64,000 bases of DNA from a virus. Taxonomy: Duplodnaviria > Caudoviricetes. Location: positions 32,001 to 96,000 of the IMG/VR virus record IMGVR_UViG_3300032243_000867, one strand, 5' to 3'. This document shows, in pieces, positions 18,945-28,398 of the stretch. The notes beneath the pieces are model-generated. The model was given only the letters and a program-made list of their open reading frames with translations, did no database searches and had not been told where the DNA came from. Both the position numbers and the translations under genes were made by a program. Every line of letters starts with the position of its first letter. Within the stretch, counting starts at the first letter, position 1.

Positions 18945-19903
18945 AGCTCCCGCCCGCGCTTTTGGTCGCCGGGTCGGACGCCCATCGACGGAGGGTGTTC
19001 CTCCGGGACTTCCTCTCCAAGTGCTCCGCCAACGGGTACGTGATCCAGCCCATGGACGGGGCAGACCGGGGGGCTTTGCAGAACCTCCTCAGCACGGTGG
19101 GGGTTCTGTTTCCGAACCCGACGGTGGCGTTGATTTCCCGCCCGGAGAAGGTCCACCCCCAGGACGTGGGGGATCACTTTCGCGATCCCGACCCCCTTCT
19201 CACCCTCCTTCTCGTGTCCGAGGAAGACAAGCCCGCAGGGGGGGTGCTAGACGGGTTCCCCCCGGCTCACACCAAGACTTTCTCCCTCCCCCCGTTCTAC
19301 AAGCTGGACGAGTACGCGGCGGACTTCGCGCGGGAGTGCGCGAAGTCCCGAGGCGTAGACCTTCCCGACGCGCTCGCGCGGGCGATGGTGAAGCGGGTGG
19401 GTAACGATCTGGGGGTGATCTCGTACGAAGCCGAGAAAGCCTCTCGGCTTGCCCTAGCCCTGGGGGTGAAGGTACTGGAGCCCGTACATCTCAAGGGAAC
19501 TCTCGCGCCGTTGACCGAGCTCGACGGGAGCACTGTGGTAGAGGCTCTTGGGACCCGCAACGCGAGAACCCTCGCGGACGATCTCGCCCGGTACAAGAAC
19601 TCCAAGAAGGGCGACCCTACCATCGAGCTTTGCGGGAGGACCCTCACCCCCGCGGTGTTTCGTTGGCTCCAAGCGGCTACGCTGCACGCGCGCGGGTGGT
19701 CGATCACCGCCGCTGCCGGTAGGGTCGGAGCATCGCCGTGGTACTGGGAGAACAAAATACTTCCGGCGGCGAGGGCGTGGGGAGTAGATGGTTGCCGGGG
19801 TATTCTCTCCGTGGTCGCCCGTTCTCAGAGCGCCGTGTTTGAGGGGTATGTACGCCCATGGGTAATCCTAGAGTCGGGATTGCTTCGCCTCGTTCAACGG
19901 TGA
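18941..19903 (+). CDS. holA: DNA polymerase III delta-like clamp loader subunit
   Basis: LPDALARAMVKRVGNDLGVISYEAEK lid helix; adjacent to the holB-like gene. Confidence 0.65.
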   Translation: MKLPPALLVAGSDAHRRRVFLRDFLSKCSANGYVIQPMDGADRGALQNLLSTVGVLFPNPTVALISRPEKVHPQDVGDHFRDPDPLLTLLLVSEEDKPAGGVLDGFPPAHTKTFSLPPFYKLDEYAADFARECAKSRGVDLPDALARAMVKRVGNDLGVISYEAEKASRLALALGVKVLEPVHLKGTLAPLTELDGSTVVEALGTRNARTLADDLARYKNSKKGDPTIELCGRTLTPAVFRWLQAATLHARGWSITAAAGRVGASPWYWENKILPAARAWGVDGCRGILSVVARSQSAVFEGYVRPWVILESGLLRLVQR

Positions 19904-20014
19904 CGGCCCCCCCCGTTTGCTTTTCGATAGCCCCCGCCCCTTACCCCCGGACGGGGGCTAACGTCCGGGAACCCCCGAAACCCTAGCGCCTTGATGACGA
20001 GTGAGGAGTCAACC

Positions 20015-22999
20015 ATGCTCGACGGGAACCATTTCCCCAATTTGCTCAGTGAGTTCGTGTACACGCGCACCTACGCGCGATGGCTGGAGGACGCCAAGCG
20101 CCGCGAAACGTGGCCCGAGACCGTCCACCGTTACGTCAGCTACATTTTCAAGGACAAGCCCGCGCCCCACGGGTTGCGCGAGAGCACTGAGAAGCTCATC
20201 CTCAACTTCGACGTGCTCGGTTCGATGCGGGCGCTGTGGTGCGCGGGTCCCGCGATGGACCGCGATAACGTGTGCGGCTACAACTGCTCGTTCTTGCCCG
20301 TGGACAACCTCCGGGCGTTCAGCGAGGCTTTGGCGATTCTCATGGCAGGGACGGGCGTGGGGTTCAGCGTCGAGCGCACGTTCACCGACAACCTCCCGGT
20401 GATCGCGCACCCCACGGGCGACGCCATCGACTACATCATCCAAGACTCGACCGAAGGCTGGGCGGACGCCGTGTACTTCGGGATGGTGCAATACCACCTC
20501 GGGCACCGTGTGAACTGGAACTACTCCCTCATCCGCGCGAAGGGCGAAAGGCTCCACACCAAGGGCGGTCGGGCTAGCGGGCCGGAACCCCTCAAGCGCG
20601 TGCTGGACTTCGCCGGGGAGACCATCGCCGGGGCGGCGGGCCGGAAGCTCAAGCCCATCGAAGCGCATGACATCATGTGCATGATCGCGGAGATCGTGAT
20701 GGTGGGTGGGTTCCGTCGGGCGAGCCTCATCTCGTTCAGCGACGTAGAAGACACAGAGATGCGCGACGCCAAGGACTGGTCGAAGGGCACGTTCCCTTCC
20801 ATCCGTTACATGGCGAACAACAGCGCCGTGTACACGGACCGCCCCACGGAGGAGGTGTTCTGGCGCGAGTGGAACTCCCTCGCCAAGTCGGGCTCGGGCG
20901 AGCGGGGTTTCTACATCGTCAGCCCCAGCAACGTCGCCAAGCGCGGCGGAGAGTTTCGCAGTAACCCCTGCGTCACCGGGGACACCCGCGTGATGACCGA
21001 CCGTGGCATGGTCCAAATCCGCGACCTCGTCGGCAAGCCCACCAAGCTCCTGCTCGACCAGCGGTTTGGCACGGGCGGCTTCGGACACACCACGGAGGCT
21101 GGGGCGTTCAAGACGGGCACCAAGGAGGTGTACCGCCTCACCACGGAGGAGGGGTACACCCTGCGCCTCACGGCTGACCACCGGGTGATGACTTCTCGCG
21201 GGTGGGTCGAGGCCCGTCACCTCACCCCCGCCGACCGCATTCACGTCACCAACAATGGCGGCGGTTTCGGCACCAAGGGGGACGAGAATCTCGGGATGCT
21301 GGCCGGATGGCTCGCCGGGGACGGCTGCGTCCTCGACAACGGGGTCCCCCGCTTCTACTTCTACGGCGAGAAGCGTGAGCTCACGGCTCGCATGGCCGTG
21401 GCAGCGCAAGCCGTCACCGGAGGACCGCTCCCGGTGGCTCACACCTACGCCCCGGCTGATCGGGACACCTTCCAGAGCGCGGACCTTCGCGAGTACCTCG
21501 GGGGGATGACCAAGGGGCGCGTGCCAGAGTTCGTCTGGCAGGGCTCCAAAGACTGCCAGCGGAGCTACCTCTCGGCGCTGTTCAGCGCCGATGGTTCCGT
21601 GCAGGGCACTCGTGAGACGGGTGCCTCGGTGCGTCTATCGTCCGTGGAGGCCGACCTTCTCCGTGACGTGCAGATGCTCCTGCTGAACTTCGGCGTGGCG
21701 TCGAAGCTCTACCTTGACCGTCGCGAGGCGGGGACCCGTCTACTGCCCGATGGCAATGGTGGTCTGTCCCCGTACCCCTGCCAAGCCGACCATGAGCTCA
21801 TGGTGAGCAAGGCTAGCCTCGTCGTGTTCCACCGCAACGTGGGTTTCATGCTGGCGTCCAAGGACGCCAAGCTGAAGTCCGTCGTGGACGGTTTCGTTCG
21901 CGGCCCCTACGCTGAGAAGTTTGTCGCTCGGGTGGCTTCGGTCGAGTCCTGCGGCACCGAAGACGTGTACGACCTCACGGAGCCGACGACTCACTCGTTC
22001 GTCGCGAACGGGATGGTGGTCCACAACTGCGGCGAGATTTTGCTCCGCTTCAAGCGCGCGACCGACCCGTGGACGGGCGCGGGCGGCGGTGGGCAGTTCT
22101 GCAACCTCACGGCGGCGGTGATGCGCCCGCACGACACCCTTGAAACGATGGCCGAGAAGGTTCACGCGGCGACGTGGCTGGGGGTGATTCAGTCCTCTTA
22201 CACGCACTTCCCCTACCTTCGCCCCGCGTGGAAGGAGCTTTGCGACGAGGACCGCCTCGTGGGCGTGGACATCACGGGCCAGTGCGACAACCCGGCGCTC
22301 TCGGGCGACGAGGAAGCGATGACGTACCTGAACGCCCTCGCACGTTCGACGGCGATCATCGCGGCGGCAACCCTCAAGGTTAACCGCCCTGCGGCGATCA
22401 CCTGCGGCAAGCCCAGCGGGAACTCGTCGCAGTTCGTGGACTGCGCCAGCGGGTTTCACACCCGGTACGCGAAGTATTACCACCGTCACGTTCGCATCTC
22501 GTCCAAGGACCCGCTGTACCACCTCGTCCGCGACCAAGGCGTGCCGCTGTTCAAGGAGAACGGGCAAGAACACCTCGACGACGACAAGGTGGACGTGTGG
22601 GTGGCACGGTTCCCGGTGAAGTCTCCCGACGGGGCGAAGCTCCGCGACCACGAGCGCGCCCTCCAGCAGTTGGAGCGGTACCGACAGATCATGCGGACGT
22701 GGTGCGGGACGAAGGGCCACAACCAGAGCGCAACCGTCTACGTCCGCGACGAAGAATGGCAGGAGGTGGGCGAGTGGCTCTGGAAGCACTTCGACGAGGT
22801 GACCGGGCTGTCGTTCCTGAACTACGACGGCGGGGCGTACCGTCTCGCCCCCTACGTCGAGATCACCGAAGAGGAGTATCTCAAGTCCTCGGCGGAGATG
22901 CCGCGCGTGCGGTTCGACCTCCTCCACCGTTACGAGACGGGCGACATGGGCGACGGTGCCCGTGAAGCCGCGTGCGTGGGTGGGGCGTGCGAGGTTTGA
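20015..22999 (+). CDS. nrdJ: class II (B12-dependent) ribonucleotide reductase with intein
   Basis: YNCS, GTGVGFS, NP|CGE split by intein, TCGKPSGN, C-terminal ACVGGACEV; GAGGAG RBS before ATG 20015. Confidence 0.92.
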   Translation: MLDGNHFPNLLSEFVYTRTYARWLEDAKRRETWPETVHRYVSYIFKDKPAPHGLRESTEKLILNFDVLGSMRALWCAGPAMDRDNVCGYNCSFLPVDNLRAFSEALAILMAGTGVGFSVERTFTDNLPVIAHPTGDAIDYIIQDSTEGWADAVYFGMVQYHLGHRVNWNYSLIRAKGERLHTKGGRASGPEPLKRVLDFAGETIAGAAGRKLKPIEAHDIMCMIAEIVMVGGFRRASLISFSDVEDTEMRDAKDWSKGTFPSIRYMANNSAVYTDRPTEEVFWREWNSLAKSGSGERGFYIVSPSNVAKRGGEFRSNPCVTGDTRVMTDRGMVQIRDLVGKPTKLLLDQRFGTGGFGHTTEAGAFKTGTKEVYRLTTEEGYTLRLTADHRVMTSRGWVEARHLTPADRIHVTNNGGGFGTKGDENLGMLAGWLAGDGCVLDNGVPRFYFYGEKRELTARMAVAAQAVTGGPLPVAHTYAPADRDTFQSADLREYLGGMTKGRVPEFVWQGSKDCQRSYLSALFSADGSVQGTRETGASVRLSSVEADLLRDVQMLLLNFGVASKLYLDRREAGTRLLPDGNGGLSPYPCQADHELMVSKASLVVFHRNVGFMLASKDAKLKSVVDGFVRGPYAEKFVARVASVESCGTEDVYDLTEPTTHSFVANGMVVHNCGEILLRFKRATDPWTGAGGGGQFCNLTAAVMRPHDTLETMAEKVHAATWLGVIQSSYTHFPYLRPAWKELCDEDRLVGVDITGQCDNPALSGDEEAMTYLNALARSTAIIAAATLKVNRPAAITCGKPSGNSSQFVDCASGFHTRYAKYYHRHVRISSKDPLYHLVRDQGVPLFKENGQEHLDDDKVDVWVARFPVKSPDGAKLRDHERALQQLERYRQIMRTWCGTKGHNQSATVYVRDEEWQEVGEWLWKHFDEVTGLSFLNYDGGAYRLAPYVEITEEEYLKSSAEMPRVRFDLLHRYETGDMGDGAREAACVGGACEV
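20969..22027 (+). mobile_element. intein with LAGLIDADG homing endonuclease (353 aa) in NrdJ
   Basis: Begins CVTGDT, ends VVHN before Cys; LAGWLAGDG and LSALFSADG blocks. Confidence 0.92.
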
Positions 23000-23038
23000 C
23001 CCCGTGAAAGGGTGCCGGGGGCGTAACGTATCGACGTT

Positions 23039-25369
23039 ATGCCCCCCATCCCCAAGTCTCCCTCTGCCTACTACTCAGGGCGGGTTCACTCGGTCAACTT
23101 CTCGGACGAGTCCAAGGCGTTCTACGTTCTGCGCGTCGCGCTGGACGCGGAGAACTTGACCGGCAACCTCCCCTCCAACATCGTTACCGCGCGCGGGGAA
23201 ATCCCCGGCGTGAAGATCGCCGTGGGGACTTGGTTCGGTTTCGAGGCCGCGTGGGACGATCACCCCAAGTACGGGCGGCAACTGAAGATCACCCGCGCCC
23301 CCGTCCTCAAGAACGGGTGGGATGACGACACCTGTGAGAAGATCCTCACCTCCCACGGTATCGGTTCCGCCATCGCCGTAAAGCTCCGCGAGGCTTTCAA
23401 GGGAGATATGCCCGCCGCTCTGGCAGACCCGGAGCGATTGAAGGCCGTTCCGGGTATCACCTCGTTCGTTGCGGAGCACATCGCTCACAAGTGGAAGGTC
23501 GCCCGCAGCCAATTCCTCACCCTGGATTTCCTCGGGGACCTCGGGTTGCCGCAAGGGAAGATCCGTCAGGTGTGGTCCACCTTCGGGGATCGTGCTCAGG
23601 ATGTACTGGCGACGGACCCGTGGTCCCTTCTGGAGATCGACGGAATCGCTTTCTCGGACTGCGACCTTGTCGCCCAGCGCCTCGGTCTGGACTGCTCCCC
23701 GTCGAACCTCAACCGCGTGAAAGGGGCGGTTCTTCACGCCTCGAAGTTCTCGAAGCGCCTCGGCCACCTGTACCTCTCTTCGGGTGAGCTCCTCGGTTCC
23801 GTCCGACCCCTCGATCCTCTGATGACCGACCGGGACATCGCCACGGGCTTGAAGGCCCTGATGGACGAGAAGCGGGTGGCGGTGGACCGGGTGACGGCAC
23901 CGGGCATCACGGCTATCTACGACCCGTGGTCCTACGAGACGGAGAACGGCTCGGCGGCGCTCCTTCGGGAACGGCTCACGACGGCGGCGATTCCGACCGA
24001 CCGCGCTGCTCGGTACGCGAAGTCTATTCTGGGCGAGGAAGTTCCGGGCACCCTGCGCGAAGCCGGGGAGAAGTACCTATCGCGGGTGGGGTCCAACCTG
24101 GGCATCGCCCTCTCCACCAAGCAGACAGAAGCCGTGCTGAACGCGCTCACCGAGAGCGTGTCTATCATCACGGGTCTTCCGGGCTCGGGCAAGACGACCT
24201 CTCTCCGCATGGCCCTGACCCTTTTGCACGAGGCGGGCGTGCAACCTTTGGTGGTGGCCCCCACGGGAATCGCGGCGAAACGGGTCGCTTCCGTCACTGG
24301 GGTCACCGCCAGTACGATCCACCGCGCCTTCAAGGCCAAGGGGATCGAGAGCGAGGGGGGGCGAGAATCTACCTACGCGGGCGTCGTCGGTGAACGGGGG
24401 GACGGGTCGCTCTCGGACGGTTCGGATGAGGAGTGGGGCTACGGGCCGGGAAAGCCTCACCCTGCTGAAGTAGTAGTGATCGACGAGTCCAGCATGGTAG
24501 ACCAAGCCGTGCTGTACCGGGTGCTGTCGTGTACCCGCCCGGACTGCCGAATCGTGTTCGTCGGAGACGCCGCTCAGTTACCGTCCGTGGGGGCGGGCAA
24601 CGTCCTGCGCGACCTCATCGAATCGGGCCGTTTCCCTACCGTGTCCTTGACGGAGATTTTTCGTCAAGCCGACACCAGCCCCATCGTTACGGCTGCACAC
24701 GACATTTTTCACGGTCGAGTGCCCGAGGCCCCGGTGAAGTCCGACTTCTCCCTGCTTTCGCTAGCGGACGATGAAGAGGTACTGAAAACGATCCTGTCCG
24801 TGTCGGAGAAGCTGTACGGGCAGCGGGCGAATTTTCAGGTGCTCTCCCCCCGGCACGCGGGCACGCTGGGCGTTACCAACCTCAACACCCGGTTGCGTGC
24901 GATCCTCAACCCGGCGCAGCCCGGTCTGAACGAGGTCACTCTCGGAGGGGAGACGCTTCGGGAAGGGGACCGTGTGATCGTCTGCAAGAACGACTACAAG
25001 CTGGGGGTGTTCAACGGCGACGTGGCCAAGGTGAACTTCATCGACAAGAACGCCAAAGAGATCGAAATCAAGATCCACGGCCCGCCCGTCGTGCTTGTGC
25101 GTATCCCCCGAGCTTCAGCCGGAACCCTTCTCCGTCTCGCCTACGCCGTGACGGTCCACCGCTGCCAAGGACTGGAGTACGACGCGGTGGTGATGCCGAT
25201 TGTAGACGGGTTCGCTCACCAGCTACAGCGCAACCTGTTCTACACGGCCATCACCCGCGCCAAGAAGAAGGTCCTGCTGGTAGGAACCCACCGCGCTATG
25301 GAACGGGCGGTGAGCAACAATCGAGAGGACGCGCGGAACACTCTGTTCGCAGCGCGCCTGAGGGCGTAA
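23039..25369 (+). CDS. recD2: RecD2-like SF1B helicase
   Basis: GLPGSGKTT, APTG, VIDESSM, GDAAQLP, EIFRQ, YAVTVHRCQG, YTAITRAK; HhH-rich N-terminus. Confidence 0.9.
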   Translation: MPPIPKSPSAYYSGRVHSVNFSDESKAFYVLRVALDAENLTGNLPSNIVTARGEIPGVKIAVGTWFGFEAAWDDHPKYGRQLKITRAPVLKNGWDDDTCEKILTSHGIGSAIAVKLREAFKGDMPAALADPERLKAVPGITSFVAEHIAHKWKVARSQFLTLDFLGDLGLPQGKIRQVWSTFGDRAQDVLATDPWSLLEIDGIAFSDCDLVAQRLGLDCSPSNLNRVKGAVLHASKFSKRLGHLYLSSGELLGSVRPLDPLMTDRDIATGLKALMDEKRVAVDRVTAPGITAIYDPWSYETENGSAALLRERLTTAAIPTDRAARYAKSILGEEVPGTLREAGEKYLSRVGSNLGIALSTKQTEAVLNALTESVSIITGLPGSGKTTSLRMALTLLHEAGVQPLVVAPTGIAAKRVASVTGVTASTIHRAFKAKGIESEGGRESTYAGVVGERGDGSLSDGSDEEWGYGPGKPHPAEVVVIDESSMVDQAVLYRVLSCTRPDCRIVFVGDAAQLPSVGAGNVLRDLIESGRFPTVSLTEIFRQADTSPIVTAAHDIFHGRVPEAPVKSDFSLLSLADDEEVLKTILSVSEKLYGQRANFQVLSPRHAGTLGVTNLNTRLRAILNPAQPGLNEVTLGGETLREGDRVIVCKNDYKLGVFNGDVAKVNFIDKNAKEIEIKIHGPPVVLVRIPRASAGTLLRLAYAVTVHRCQGLEYDAVVMPIVDGFAHQLQRNLFYTAITRAKKKVLLVGTHRAMERAVSNNREDARNTLFAARLRA

Positions 25370-25395
25370 AGGTTCGGGAAGGGACACACACGGAC

Positions 25396-25797
25396 ATGAG
25401 CAACGACGAACTTCGGGCGCTGGTTCAACGGGTCAAGGCGGGTCTGAAGATCACCAAGGTGGTCGCGACCCGTTCGGTAAAGGGCCGGGGCGGAGACACC
25501 TTCGTAGGTTTCTCCGCCGCGTGGAACAGCGTTCAGGAGGACGGCGGGCAGGGAGTCATTACCGCTGGGGAGGACTCCGACGAGGGGAACAACCTCAACG
25601 GTATGACCATGCAAGAGGCCCTCGTCGCCAGCATCCTTATTGCCCGCGAAGCCGACACCGCCGCCTACCGCAACGCGGCGGCGGGGGGAAACATCTCCCA
25701 GTCTCAAGCGGACGGGGCCATCACGGCAATCAAGTCGAACTACAGCAAGCTTCTGGTGAGCGCCCTCGGAGCGGGGAACAATGGTTCTGACAAGTGA
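25396..25797 (+). CDS. hypothetical protein
   Basis: Co-directional ORF in the replication operon. Confidence 0.65.
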   Translation: MSNDELRALVQRVKAGLKITKVVATRSVKGRGGDTFVGFSAAWNSVQEDGGQGVITAGEDSDEGNNLNGMTMQEALVASILIAREADTAAYRNAAAGGNISQSQADGAITAIKSNYSKLLVSALGAGNNGSDK

Positions 25798-26494
25798 CCC
25801 GATGCTCGACCCCTCGCACATTGAGGGGTTGTACAACTCGCTCGGAGCGATGCAGGTTGATCTGGACGCAGACCCTCTGGAGCTCGGCCCGAAGCGTCTG
25901 AACGGGAAGATCGCTGAGTGCCGGGGGATGCTCTCCCGGTGCGAGAAGATTTTTCTCGACGTGTCGCAGTCCCTTCACCGCTACAAGCGCCTTCACCGGG
26001 CGGCGAGCGCGGACTTCAAGCTCCGTATGCGGGATATGTTCACCAACGACCCGGAAGTTCGTATGGGTCGCAATGTGACGGACCGTGAAGCTATCGCGGC
26101 GAACAAGATGCGCCCGGAAGCTGAAGAAATCGACCGTTTGACGGCGAACGTCGAAGACCTCGAAGCGGTTCTTACCGTGGTGCGAACGAAGCGCGCGGAC
26201 CTGAAGGATATTCAGGGACGCCTCAAGGATCAGCTCAAGGTGTGCCAAGAGGAAATCTCCCTCGGCGGGCGCTGGGGGAAGTCTCTGATCGCCACCGGGC
26301 GTATCCTCGACCCGGCGGGCGATAGCGTGACCGACCTCATCGAGAACGTGTTGGTCCGCCCCCCGGCGAAGGCACTTGTTGGTGATGAGGACATTCCCTT
26401 GGAGCCCGTTCCTGACGAGGTTCCCTCTGTCCGTCACCCGGATGAGGGTATCTTCACCGACGAAGGGATCGACGAAATTCTCTCTTCGCTCTGA
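25781..26494 (+). CDS. coiled-coil protein, possibly a UvsY-like recombination mediator
   Basis: Long heptad helices, acidic tail, position next to SSB; the function is inference. Confidence 0.45.
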   Translation: MVLTSDPMLDPSHIEGLYNSLGAMQVDLDADPLELGPKRLNGKIAECRGMLSRCEKIFLDVSQSLHRYKRLHRAASADFKLRMRDMFTNDPEVRMGRNVTDREAIAANKMRPEAEEIDRLTANVEDLEAVLTVVRTKRADLKDIQGRLKDQLKVCQEEISLGGRWGKSLIATGRILDPAGDSVTDLIENVLVRPPAKALVGDEDIPLEPVPDEVPSVRHPDEGIFTDEGIDEILSSL

Positions 26495-26587
26495 AAAATT
26501 TCCCGCCTCCCGTTGGGGGCGGGCGTAATAACCCCCGCGAACACTGTCCCAATCAATCGACCCGTTCGCAACAAAGGAAAGACCAAG

Positions 26588-27307
26588 ATGAGCAACGGAT
26601 ACCTGGAATTCGGTTTCGGTCAGGATGACGGCAACATCGGCGCGAAGGGCAAGCGTTTCAAGGCCAAGGAGGGCGAGACGTACCGCGTCTCGTTCGTCTG
26701 GTGGCCGGGGATCGAGGAGGGCAAGCCCAACCTCGACGCGCAAACCCCTCGCTTCCTCGGCTGCAAGCGCCTGTACCTCGCGGGCGTCGGGTACTTCACG
26801 GACAAGGGTCCCGAGTACGTCAAGATCGCGGGCGGCGGTCCCGCGAAGATGTACGCCGCCACGATCATCTGCAAGTGGCCCACGGACTCGCGTGGCAACC
26901 TCGACAAGTCCCGCTTCGCGGCGGGGGAGTTCGAGATCAACTCGTGGGTGATGTCGGTGGACAAGTACCGCTCCATCGAGGCGCGTCACAAGGAGTTCCC
27001 CCTCGGTCAGCACGACGTGACCCTGTCCTGCACCGACACCCAGTACCAGAAGATCGACATCAGCCCGTGCCGCGAGTCCCTGTTCCGCAAGATCCTGGAG
27101 AAGGACCAGGAACGCGCCCGTTCGATCATCGAAGCCATCCAGGCGGCGGCGAAGGAGGTCCCCCGCGACCTCGCGCAAGACCTCACCCTCGACCAGATCC
27201 GTGAGAAGCTCGGCAAGGGCGGCGGTCCGTCCCCGGTATCGAACAGCGGCCCCGTTTCCAACAACAGCTCCGACTTCGACGGGATGCTCGACGACATCCT
27301 CAAGTGA
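26588..27307 (+). CDS. single-stranded DNA-binding protein (gp32-like)
   Basis: Aromatic-rich core, acidic/hydrophobic tail SDFDGMLDDILK, AAGGA RBS. Confidence 0.6.
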   Translation: MSNGYLEFGFGQDDGNIGAKGKRFKAKEGETYRVSFVWWPGIEEGKPNLDAQTPRFLGCKRLYLAGVGYFTDKGPEYVKIAGGGPAKMYAATIICKWPTDSRGNLDKSRFAAGEFEINSWVMSVDKYRSIEARHKEFPLGQHDVTLSCTDTQYQKIDISPCRESLFRKILEKDQERARSIIEAIQAAAKEVPRDLAQDLTLDQIREKLGKGGGPSPVSNSGPVSNNSSDFDGMLDDILK

Positions 27308-27388
27308 GGGTATCGTAAATCACGGCGCGGACAGGCACCTCGGGGTGATTCCCCCCTCACCACCGACCCAAGCCGCCCGCGCCTACTA

Positions 27389-27429
27389 GAGGGGCACACC
27401 GGGATCTCCCCCCACCCGGTGTGCCCCTC
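27389..27429. terminator. perfect 15-bp inverted repeat with 11-nt loop
   Basis: GAGGGGCACACCGGG / CCCGGTGTGCCCCTC; no U-tract follows. Confidence 0.5.
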
Positions 27430-27450
27430 GCCTATTTCGGAGACCCCTCC

Positions 27451-28113
27451 ATGAAGGTCATCGGACTCGACCCCTCACTTTCTAATTTCGGATGGGCACT
27501 TCACGACACCACGGCCACGGGCGCGGCCCGGTGCATCGCGCGCGGTAGGCATTCCACCCCCGCCGACATGACCTTCGTGGACCGCTACACGTTCATGCGG
27601 GATTCGTTGCGGGAGCTCATTCAGAGGCACCAACCCGACAAGGTGGGGATCGAGAGCCCGTTCTTCGGGGGGACGTTCAGCGAGGGGATGTACGCGCTGT
27701 TCGTCTACTCCAACGAGGCTCTCAAGCTGGAGCGCCGCGACGTGGTGTACTTCTCGCCGTTGCAGGTGAAGGCGCACGCGCGGGAGTCTCTCGGTCGCCC
27801 CGACAAGTGGAAGATGCAGAAGCCCGACATGGTCGCGGCGATGAAGCACGACCTCGGCGGTGGCGGCAAGAACGTCAACCACAACGAGGCCGACGCCTAC
27901 TTGGTGGGGAGGCTAGCGGGGCGGTTCTGGCGCTACCTCGACGGCGAGCTCACGGACGCGGACCTCACCCCGGAGGAGCGTAAGCTCTTCGCAGAGGTTC
28001 ACACCTACCAGCGGGGCAAGAAGGCTGGGAAAACAGAGAGAAAGGGATTGGTCTACCGTGAAGAAGACAGGTTCTTCCGCTGGTCGCAGGATGGTTCAAG
28101 TGAGGCCCCCTGA
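27451..28113 (+). CDS. ruvC: RuvC-like Holliday junction resolvase
   Basis: VIGLDPS, VGIESP and NHNEADA acidic motifs. Confidence 0.8.
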   Translation: MKVIGLDPSLSNFGWALHDTTATGAARCIARGRHSTPADMTFVDRYTFMRDSLRELIQRHQPDKVGIESPFFGGTFSEGMYALFVYSNEALKLERRDVVYFSPLQVKAHARESLGRPDKWKMQKPDMVAAMKHDLGGGGKNVNHNEADAYLVGRLAGRFWRYLDGELTDADLTPEERKLFAEVHTYQRGKKAGKTERKGLVYREEDRFFRWSQDGSSEAP

Positions 28114-28393
28114 CCTTCAGATCCTCCTGCACTCCACGATGCGGTACTCCCTCGGGCGCATGACCTATATGCCCGCGATGGTGCAGGACCTCATCAAGCA
28201 GCACCGTGAGGTGTTCACCAACGAGATGCTCGGGCAACTCGCGGACGAGATTCAGAGCGAGCACGACGCTCGCGGCGGGAAACTCGGCATGGACTTCGAT
28301 ACCAAGGGCTGGTTGGATTTCCGTGATTGGCTACGCGCTACCGCCGCAGCGGGCGTAATACCCTCGCCTCTATCTCTCAACTCCAAGGAGTAA
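28091..28393 (+). CDS. hypothetical protein
   Basis: MRYSLGRMTYMP motif; operon context. Confidence 0.55.
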   Translation: MVQVRPPDLQILLHSTMRYSLGRMTYMPAMVQDLIKQHREVFTNEMLGQLADEIQSEHDARGGKLGMDFDTKGWLDFRDWLRATAAAGVIPSPLSLNSKE

Positions 28394-28398
28394 GCCGA

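Noticed and set aside
19904-20014. Cobalamin riboswitch upstream of nrdJ
   Set aside because: The gap is about 110 nt with only one 8-bp hairpin (CCCGGACG/CGTCCGGG) and no B12-box consensus.
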